DNA from: Ylistrum balloti
Lineage: Eukaryota
Length of the DNA: 64,000 nucleotides
Direction of reading: 5' to 3'
Assembly (NCBI RefSeq): GCF_031769215.1
Contig: NW_026782116.1
Coordinates: 620,001 to 684,000 of the forward strand
Shown: positions 53,781-64,000 of the stretch, piece after piece
How positions within the stretch are numbered: position 1 is the first letter of the stretch
Layout of the letters: every line of letters starts with the position of its first letter
Notes under the pieces: generated by a model
What the model was told of the DNA's origin: nothing
What the model saw: only the letters and a program-made list of their open reading frames with translations
Databases searched by the model: none
Translations under genes and position numbers: made by a program

Positions 53781-55498
53781 CCTCAAATTCATTTAAGGCA
53801 GTGTACAAGTATTTCAAATATAACCTTCATTCATTTATAGTATAAAATATCTTAAAGTCTAAAAAAAAATATAAACTGCTATTTTCATATCGCATTACGA
53901 CTCTTGAATGCTTGCCCTTGCGATACGTAGATGGAAACAAAAGTATACTGCAATAATAGAAATAGCTACAAAATATATTGTATATAATGACTTTCATATT
54001 TTCCGAAGTTTGTTTGCAGAATGAGTCAGCGGAATAAGATGAAGTCGGTATCCCCAAGTATATATTCAATATTCAATGTTCGATGTAACCGAGAGCAACA
54101 GAGTGTTGTGTGAAAAAATCATTATTGTTACCATCAGTTTATCATTCAGACAACCAAAGTATGTACTATATCTTGGTCATTTTCGGCTTTTGATGTTAAG
54201 GACGAACAGACTCTGAGAGAAGTACACTCGAGACATCGTGGGGTTCGATGTCCAAAACCCCCAAGGGAGTTTACTTACTCAAATAGTGGTTGTGAGGATT
54301 CTTTTAAGGATGCATCGTTGTCTATTGGGTTTCAACCATAAACGATTATGAACACCAAACCCCACAAATTTACGGACAAATCCAATCCCACAAAGTGACT
54401 ACATATAGTCGCAAATATAAAAAGAATCAAACGCACACGATCATGGACAACAAACCTCATTTCATTTACAAAAGACCCCACAAGTTATCTATTTAGTTAA
54501 TATAATTTTTAAGTCAACCCCCACACGATCATGTACATCTGACCCTTAAAGTTTAGAGCCAACAAACTCCATACTTTAGTGGACGGCAACCCAACATGTT
54601 GTCAATCAAGATGGAACAACCTAACAAGTTAATGGATAACAAACTTCATTAACCCTACACGATCGCGGACAACAGGTCCAACAAGTACACAGACATCTAG
54701 TCACGGAAATATCCATAAAGTTGTGTTTATCAGAGTTAATACACATATAGCATACGGTAAGCAGACTTACTGTCGTCCTACAATAGCGTACTTCGGATGT
54801 AAAGTTATATCCTTGCTCAAAATAAAATGTTAAGTGCAATCTTTATAAAGGGACTAAATGTTAAGATTTGCTTATTTTTTCCCATGCGTTTAATTTCCGG
54901 TAACCATTGTAATAGTTAAAATTAGATTCTTCACAAAATTATGACACTCTCTGAGCGAAATTGATACACATTATCAGCTTCATACTAATGATAGTCTATA
55001 CTTACTGTTGTGTCTACCATCCAGCGCTGTTTTGATGCGAGATAGCCGAGTTCAGCATATGACCTTTCGGATCCTCGTTTTAACGCGCTGTTTTGATATG
55101 ATTTCTAACTATGCATAATTATATCATTTGCCAAAACTTAATTTGCCAGCCATGTTTCAATTCTTACTTAGTAAAACAACCTCTTGGTTCACGCAATATG
55201 GATGAGAGAGCAAAATAAATTGATTTCAATTAATCGGAATATAAAATTGCACGCGTAAAGACATTGCTTACAGTTTCCGAACGACAATGATATGCATTTT
55301 TTTACATTGTTAATAGAACCGTTATGCAAACTTTGAAATATTATAATAACCATAAATTACACGATTTTTAAAAAGTTTTGTGTAATGTTTTTTATTAGTT
55401 ATGAAGTGAATATCTAAACATTCATTCCCTTTTAAACACAGAAGACGCCATTTTATTTAGCTTCAATCTGGATTATCATTTAAAATCCTGTCCCGGTC

Positions 55499-55635
55499 AA
55501 CCTACTCGGATTTGTGTAAAAACTGATAAAAAACCCAACTTAATTGCATAATAGGTCGTGATCAACTTACTCCGATTTGTGTAAAAACTCATAAAAAAAC
55601 CCCAACTTAATTGCATAATAGAGTTATTTCCCTTT
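55499..55635. repeat. ~65-bp tandem duplication
   Basis: aac(c/t)tactc(g/c)gatttgtgtaaaaact(g/c)ataaaaaa(a)cccaacttaattgcataatag occurs twice, ending in gagttatttcccttt. Confidence 0.85.
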
Positions 55636-57280
55636 AACTGTACAACATGATATAATTACTTGTAGATATCTCACAGAACAGGATAACATATACGTAACAC
55701 CTACATCCATCAGTGGTTATGTACATTAGCTGATTTGTGCTATTTCGTTATTTTGTCTTCTCACTACACCAGGCGAGAATTCAATTTTTTTTCTTTCAGG
55801 ACAAAAAGATGAAAAAACAACAAATCGTGTGAAAATACGAAATAAATGCATGCTACTAAGTGAACTTCATTTTTGTCTATTTGGGTCTTTTTATTACTTT
55901 GCCCTGAGAACCTGAGAATTAATTATGTATCGGTTTTACTAAACCTGAAAAATAAGAAAATTAAGGTTGCTAATTAATATGCATTTATTTTGTCTTCTTG
56001 TGTATAATTGGCATCTTTTTACCACAGCTGCGATGCCGAGACCACCTGTTTGAGTGAAGATTGGAATTTCATCATTTTCATTTAGTTCTAATGATGGTGG
56101 ACTTAAAAGTAAGTATATAAGCTGACATACCAAGTGTTTTAAAACATTTTAGGGTAATAAGCCCCTACCACAGCTATGACATATTGAGTACTCTCTTACT
56201 GTGCTTGCTATTGTCATCTAGAATACTCTGTTTCTGAGTAGACATCTGAGAACATACTATTTAGTATTTCAATATCACCATAAATACTCCTAATGTGACT
56301 GGACATGATCCTTGTGCCTCTAAAGATAGAAAAGTCTTGAATACCTCTTTACTAATTTCACTAAAATTTTGAATGTCCCTTTCAGAGCAAAGACATATTG
56401 AATACCTTAAGTCATTAACATGTTTGGTCTTCCTCCGTAAGAATACAAAATGTCATTTTTAAACAATATTTTATATACCTGGTTCAGATATGATAGAATC
56501 TCTTTTTCTTTTTGAATAGAAAAGTCTTTAGGTGTTTCAGAAGTTACAGCAGATCTCCAATTTACCATTGGAGGATAAACATTTTGATGAGAAATAACAC
56601 ATACTTTTAATGCATTACTTTTGGGAATACTTTGCTTATCATCAATTGAATAGCAAAGGTAATTCAGACTTGGCTGATAGTTTTTAAACGGACGTCAGCT
56701 TTATCTATATAAAATATGTAAAATTAATCCAAAGTGGTAATTATAACAAGCATACTGCAGGGCAGAACAATTATACAAGAGATATGTTATACATTATAAA
56801 AGAAATGCCTTATTGGACATGAGCTGTGATGAATGCCAATATGGAAATGGAATAAAAAAGCCTGATATAAACTCCACTGATTAATTAGAACATTACACTT
56901 GAAACAGTTCTTCTCCATCAAGATCCTTCACATAAACAACTCATTACAGAACATTTCCTCTCATTCAATAAAACAATACCAATGTGTCGATACAATATTT
57001 ATTTTACTATAAATTATAGCTAGATTTTCAAACTGTCACTTATCTCTTTTCATTACTTGCCAGATAACACAGATGCATGGTATAAAATTAAATGACATCA
57101 GTATGTTTCCACTCTGTCAATATTAGACTGATCTAGTATCCGTCAGTTAACCATCAAATATATTTTAAAAAGTCTGGTGCAATGTACTTTTCTCCAAATA
57201 AAAATGTTTACACTAGATTTGATTTTGAGTTGATGTAACAACCCTCTCTGTGTCTTTATTTTCCCTTCCACACCCGTCTC

Positions 57281-60200
57281 TTAGCTACGGGCAGCAGCTT
57301 TCACTTGGGCTTGCTGGAGTTGCTGTTGATATTTTGCTAAACTTTCACGACATGTTTCCTGTTTTTTCTCAAAATCTTTAATAGAAACTTCATGTCGTTT
57401 TCTGAAAATAATAATAAAATTATTTTTAATGAGAGAATCTAAAATCTTCTATAAATAGAGATATATTTGGCCTGTATTGCTCACCTAGTATTCAATACTT
57501 TTCACAATCAATGATCTTCAAAGTGAGTCTATATCCAATGAATTCAAACCAACTTCAAAAACTAACCAGCATTTAACGATTAAGACTAGATTTAATATAT
57601 CTACAATCAATAAGCTGTATTTTGGCTGGAAGACAAACTGGACCCCTGTGACATTGTATAAGTCAAGGTCATTTTTCTTTTTTATAAACTTTGTTGAGCT
57701 TCAATCATGGAACCTACTGCTTAAGTATCATGATTCTAGGCCTAGATCCCAGAAAACTACCAGTAAATTATTCATTTCTATAAGCCTTTTATTTTTCAAA
57801 ACAAGTCATCAGTATTTTAACAAATATAACTCATGGCCTTTGATTTTGTCAAGGTCTTTACACTTTGCAAACTTTGTTAGGCTATATCTAACGGGACTTA
57901 CCAGACAGATGAATGCAACTTTCTCTACTGGACTCTCAGTCAAATCCAACTTTTTTGCTTAACCTACCAAAACTTCAGTCTGGACAATAACATTATAATA
58001 CTGACTACGTTCAACAATATCAAACTCTCTAAAAACCAACCAAATCTAAGATTTCATAAAAACGTCTGCGTCAAAGTGTTGATAGAGATTGAAAAATAGT
58101 CTTTTGTTCATTTGGACTTACAATTCTCCAGTTATGTAGTCAATACGTTTCTGTACATTTTGTTTTGCTTCTGGTATTGACTGCTTAACAAGGACAGGAC
58201 CAATCATCTTATAAACATTGGCTCCCTCTTCTAAACGCGCAAATTCCTGAAAATAAATTAAACTGTACATGGAAACTCATGCCTCTTTTGAATGATGTCA
58301 GAAATACTAAACATCAAAGGGACAAACTATCCATAAATCAAATGAAAATTGGGTAAGAGTGAGTTGTATAATGATATCCACTGTAAAACCTAGACATATA
58401 ATAGACTGGGAAAGTTATACCCATCACAAAACATTGACAAGTGCATGACTTAAGAACTGAGAAAAAGCTCTGTTAAAATAGTATCTAAAATGAGAGAGAG
58501 AGAGAGACAAAAGGAAAAATGGAAGCGTTGTGACTCAGACTTGACCAGCAATTCAGGGTAGTGTGAGATACAGCTGTCAAAACTCCTAATGGTCTCATCA
58601 GATAATACTCTATTTCCTTGTGTAATAACATAAGCTGGATGTGTTTGATGATTGTTGGTATGGTTGGTGGTTCCAATGTTGTTTACAGTGTTCTCATTTG
58701 GGAACACAAGGTTACTTAATTGGACTGACCAACATTTTATGGTCGGTGTTATCAATGAAGCAGAAAACATTTACCCATCCGTATCACCTGGTCATATTCA
58801 CCTTTTCAGGAGTCTCTGTGTAAACTTTTCTTTTGTTCACGTTTTACCCTAGTTTCATCAATTTTGAGTTTGAATTAAGATTCTGCTGACATATAAATAT
58901 TTTCTTTGTTGTTTTAACAGGACACCTAACAATATCTTATTTTGGTGACCACCACTTTAAGATTTCAATTATTAACTATGCAAATTTGATCTTTTTTACT
59001 CAATTATGTGTTAATGGACATCTGTCAGTCATCCTCTGACTGCCTGCTCTTTTTATTACACATACACTGCTTGAAGCTTTATTGACTAAAGAATACCTAC
59101 ATTGGTAGAAGATAAGTGCAGCATTTTGAGTGATTAATAATCAGAATGATTTGGACATTGCAAGGATAATAGATGAAATTAAATATTTCTGGCTTTTGTG
59201 AAATTCAAATAAATATTGCAATTATTGCATACTCAGTTTTAAAGTATATCTTCGTTGCAGGTGTCCATATACCATTTTGATCGCACCAATGAGCAACCAA
59301 ACTGTGGTCCAGAAACACATGACTTCAAGATGATCAATAGGTCAAAAGAAGTCCTGATGATGGTGTACATAGTACAATGACACAGACCTTTTATAATTAC
59401 ATTGTACAGGTTTACAAACTCCTTACTGACTACACGAAATCAGTTGATATGAAAAAAAAAATACTGAGATATCAATATGTTGATTTTTGCTGGAAACTGG
59501 AATGATGAGATACACACATGCACAAAGCCTGAATTTTATCTGGAACAAACATATTGAGATATATTTAAACTACGATACAAATGTAGTAAATGATGAAAGA
59601 ACAGGTTACACTAAAAGTCTCACATACTGAGGAACGTCCTTTCACTGATCTGGTGCCTTAACTAAAAAGTCAGGCGGTAGACTGTTCAGATAGAGATTGA
59701 GAGGTCACTGGTCAAGCGCCAGTGGGTGATCATTTTTCATAACTCCTTCCTTTTACATATTTAGTGTTGTGACATAGATTGAAGTTGTCTTCAAGGTTGA
59801 ATATTTATGAAGAAGAGAGAAGGTAAAAGTTGAGAGTACAGAATAGGTCACTTTTTTGTGAATTGTCCTTCAGTCAAGAGGTAAAGTGTCCAGCTGCTAG
59901 ACATCAAGATTCATGAACTGGAGCCCCATTGCAAGCAAAATATTTTCCATTACTCCTTCCTATTGTGTGAAAATATCATTTTAATAATCAGGAACATGAT
60001 AATAAACCATAGACTTAGTTTTTGTGTTCACTATTCTGAAGCTTTTGGTCAGCCAACACCAGCACAGTTGTCTAGTCAAATCTCATCTGCTTAAATGTCA
60101 CTATATCAAAAAATCACCCTCTTCGCATGATACAGCATCTGTCAGCTCAGTGACTTGTGTTAAACTATGGCATGTGTGCCCAGTATCTCATGCAAACACA

Positions 60201-62562
60201 AATTACATACCTGTAATGAGTGGATTGAACTGTGACGTTGTCAGGTCAATATTGGGTGACTGGGTATGACCCTATCACAGTTTATTATTTAGTCAGTCGT
60301 CATGGGTTGTGAATGAAACTAGCTTTGCACAAGCACTTGTACTTCAGGTGTATCTGAAGTGTGGTGTGTAACCATGATCAGGGTATAAATATGGGTATTC
60401 CATATCATATATTGGGCAGCCAAATTGATTTATTTCTAGAGCATTGTCACAATTTTCTCCTTGCCAGGTAGACTAAGGTGTGGGGCATAACTTGGAGGAG
60501 GGCCATAGACTAATGTAAAGCTTGTGTAGGACGTAAACCCAGGGGCATGTTTGAAGATGACTGGAACATGCAGGTTGAGTGAAAGCAACATCCTGTTAGT
60601 AAATATGTCAACATCATCTCATCAATAAATTTTGTTTAATCATTTATATTGAGTCAATCATAATTTCTCTCGCTAAAAGCTTTCATTTGTTGTAACATAT
60701 TGAATCTGGGTTGACAACACCAGGTGATGTTGAATTAAAGGACACACTAAATTCAGGATATTTGTGTGATTTGCCCAGAACCAAGACTCTTCCTATACAT
60801 TAAATCATCATCTTCACTAAGGTATAAGTGAACCTACCTCTTTCACTAAAGTATTCTCATTTAGTTGACCATCAAGCTGCTGTCTTTGACTTACAACCTT
60901 CTGATAATCTGTCAAAAAATGAAATTTAAAATTAAATCTCCTTTTCTCAACCTACTATATATATATGTATAAGGTAATTGAATTACATTACATATTGCGA
61001 AATAATTTGATTTGTAAGAGTACTCCATTACTTCTTGCAAAATACCATTTCGAGATGTAATTGTGTCCATTGATCACCAATATACCAAGACTACTGTTTG
61101 AAAAAATTGGCTACTAAAAAGCACCATTGGCTATTATTTTTGGCTACTGCAATTTTAGGTCCAAGGTGAGTCCTGCCTAAATAGGTTTTCATGTATTTTC
61201 ACACATTTTTTCTGTCACAATATCAATATCTATCCCTGTCTACCACAGTTATGGATATGCACTGTACTTTGTATTTAGATAAAAGAAACATAAAACAGAC
61301 TGACAAAATTCTTCAGAAATTGTTACAGCAGTCATATTTAACTCATTTGTGTTTACTATCAATAAGAGCTGACAGAATTGTTTTTGTGAGTTAAACTTGG
61401 ATAAATTAAATAATTTGGCACTTCTGTTAACCTAAAGTAGAGTATGCATATATAGCTCCTCATTCATTGTTGAACGTGTTGAGTGATTTGTTAATCTACA
61501 TTTCTGTACACATCCCATATAAATATTGACACAGCTTTACTATTTAATAAGGAAACTGATTTTAATTGGTGGTAATCAAATCAATGGATTGTGTCAGAAA
61601 ATTCCACAAATATTCTTAGGAGTGTCAAAATGTTTCTTTTTATGACATTATGTGCATGCCCATATCTACTCCAGCTGATACCGCCACGGTAGGTGTTAAT
61701 ATGATGGTAGGAATTCATTCCATGTAAAAGTTAAATATCAAAATCAATAAGATCAAAACTCTATATTGATATCATGTTTATGACCATGTTTTGTTCATAT
61801 CTAGGACGAAAGTTCTCAGAATTTGAACAATCTGAGAAAAGTGAGAAGTGAAAGACAAGAAGCATAGGTGCCGTGCACTTTACCCATAGCCCAATGTTAA
61901 TAAAAAATAGTAATACAGAATTTTCATTTTCTTGATTTTTTGGACTTACTTTTAATTTTTAATAAACAAGGGTGATTTTACACAAATGGAATTGGCACGG
62001 CACGAATCAAAAGTCCTTCAAGTACCCGACAAAAAATGCAATCTAACATCGTGACGTCACAGCATATACACAAGTACAAAAACGTCAACAACACCATAAT
62101 TAAGCGATCGGTCACTCACTGTAGCGCGCATAATTTCCTAATTTCTTGAGGCACTCTAACCAGTTCACAAAAATTAGTTGTTTAATTTTCTAGATACTCT
62201 CAAGCGAGAATGTCACTGGGTCATATAAGCTTCACTCTTTCCAGTCCCTGCCTTATTAATATTATTACTTACATCCCGAGTTACTTCATAAAATGGTATC
62301 GACAGCACCTAGAAATCCATCTTTAAATAAAATTTACTTGATTTGACATGATCAGTAATACACCACGTGCTGGAATTCACCATAACAAGAGAGATTTGTA
62401 AGAAATAACGTTGGCGCAGACATTTTAACAGCAATTCAAATATTCAACCATGTTTAATCTTTATTGTTAAAATGTAAAAAAAAGAACCATATGAATGTTA
62501 CCTTTCTGTAATTGTTGATACTTTTCTATGTCAGCTTGGAGTTTCTTCTGTATGTCTGCCAT
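57281..62562 (-). CDS. PFDN6: Prefoldin subunit 6, 125 aa, 4 exons
   Basis: Exons 62562-62502, 60908-60838, 58246-58122, 57401-57281 total 378 nt, GT-AG and in frame. Translation MADIQKKLQADIEKYQQLQKDYQKVVSQRQQLDGQLNENTLVKEEF...VYKMIGPVLVKQ...EAKQNVQKRIDYITGELKRHE matches the PFDN6 signature. Absent from the ORF track because the exons are short. Confidence 0.95.
61075..61180. repeat. Dispersed repeat (ggctact-rich MITE-like family), copy 2, PFDN6 intron 1
   Basis: Aligns by eye with 26211-26315 in the same orientation. Confidence 0.7.
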
Positions 62563-62715
62563 CTTGAAACCGTATCTGTCGTACTGTGTAATGACATCTG
62601 ATTGGCCAATCCAAGTACTATACGCCAATGAAATAGATCGTTGAATTTCTATGACTCTTACTATACCAAACGTAACTCAATTTTGAAGAACTCCAAATTT
62701 CGACCCAGTACAGCG
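62563..62715. promoter_or_regulatory. Probable bidirectional promoter with CCAAT boxes (PFDN6 / divergent gene)
   Basis: TGATTGGCCAATC (overlapping inverted CCAAT boxes) at 62599-62611 and GCCAAT near 62624, between two divergent ATGs. Confidence 0.6.
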
Positions 62716-62745
62716 ATGAGAAAACTAACCATACTTCGACAACTG
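62716..62745 (+). CDS. Putative first coding exon (MRKLTILRQL) of a gene divergent from PFDN6, possibly a SURF1-like paralogue
   Basis: ATG at 62716, 10 codons, strong donor CTG|GTAAGT, 153 bp from the PFDN6 ATG. Resembles SURF1 exon 1 ([11 protein letters not shown]|gtaag). No convincing exon 2 found before the window ends. Confidence 0.5.
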
Positions 62746-64000
62746 GTAAGTTGTCCCGAACACAGTTCATGTCCATAACCCATTTGTTCTCCTACTCCTT
62801 TGCCACATGCAAACAAAATCTTGAATCCAAAACTCATGCCAAGTCAATTAATGGAGCAACCACAACGTTCATTAAAAGCTCAAAACCGTAAAACAAAACC
62901 ATCAGCCGGGCTATCTACAGCACTAACCGGTCAGTTTCGGACCCTGTCAGCATCATATATATAGGTAGCTAGGGCATGTTTCAGTGTACATCCATAAATT
63001 ACAACCTAAAAATCACATAAATGTATTGATGTTTGTTCATACTACAAGAGCTCAATAAACCATTCAACAGTTCAATACAGTATCAATATATATATATAAA
63101 GATTCTAGATCTAGTAATAGATATATGTACATACCTTTACTCGCTGACTTGTTACTTCTCAGACATTGATAGTCATCTAATGTTGGTTGTGCAGTATAAA
63201 AACTGCGGTAAAACTGCAACGGTTTGCTGTAGTGCCAATTTAAACGACCTTTAACGGACTTAAGTAGACTTAAGAGTCATCTGTTGAAAAGCCATAATAG
63301 TGGACATAAAACCTGTTAAAAAGTGTTATGAGTGGGGGCTTGGACTACCAAAGTGCTGGTAAGATGTGTTTTTGAAAGGTAACTTCATTTCAGTTTTCTG
63401 TTTTTTAGTGATATGGCTTGATTGTACATATTACACAAAACCATCGTTAGATAAGAACTCTTGACCAGTATCACTTACATGCAAAGCAGGGAGGGATAAT
63501 AAAGTGATAGTAGACTATCTATATCTCTTTCTTAAGATACCACAAGTAAATTTACAACAAATAAAAGTAATTAGTAAACAAACTATTTTATCCATACAAC
63601 ATAGCTAACAGAAGTAGAAACCCAGAAAGCTGAATAATTTTCAAATTGAACCTTCAAGTTTTTGTGGCAAGTAATTTCTGTTTATGAAAACAACATCACA
63701 GTAAACATTCTTTTTATTGATTTTGCTGTTATTGTATACATATATCAAGGGTATCTCCTTATGAACAATGACATTTGGTTTTCAATGAAATATGCACATA
63801 ACGAGGTTATTTAATAATCATAAAAAGGAAATCCTTATCTGTTTGTATCAAAGTATGGGTGTGTAAATTTTTGCATCATATATACACAAAACACCAGTCG
63901 CCAGGAAACAAAAATGGCCTCACATCAGTTGTGACATGTTCCGCAAAAACATAGGAGAGAAGAGGAAAAAATAAACAGTGGTGGATGCAAAGAGCCCTTT

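Noticed and set aside
54330-54680. Recurring cacacgatc(a)tggac / cccacaa motifs
   Set aside because: Irregular spacing and low identity; probably an old MITE interior whose boundaries cannot be supported.
59640-59760. tRNA-like sequence in PFDN6 intron 2
   Set aside because: Too degenerate to fold; at most an old SINE head.

Overview
AT-rich eukaryotic genomic DNA with spliceosomal GT-AG introns. The SINE and Helentron-type repeat families suggest a bivalve mollusc, possibly a scallop (inference). Five spliced genes were rebuilt by hand with consistent intron phases: (1) the 5' part of an uncharacterised, probably secreted protein (-, 601-4349, runs off the left edge); (2) SURF1 (+, 9 exons, 294 aa); (3) a DOK/IRS-type PH+PTB adaptor (-, 7 exons, 842 aa); (4) a melatonin-receptor-like class A GPCR (+, 4 coding exons, 379 aa); (5) prefoldin subunit 6 (-, 4 exons, 125 aa). 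A probable sixth gene starts head-to-head with PFDN6, and its promoter and first exon look homologous to those of the SURF1 gene 53 kb away. Mobile DNA includes a 1288-bp solo LTR with a 5-bp TSD, an LTR with a tRNA-Lys PBS, several Helentron-type non-autonomous elements (one with a ~157-bp internal array), two SINEs, a Tc1/mariner-type MITE and minisatellites. Most short ORFs in the supplied track are artefacts. I found no convincing new multi-gene system; the best leads are the duplicated promoter/first exon, the LTRs with splice donors upstream of same-strand genes, and several unidentified coding-like relics.
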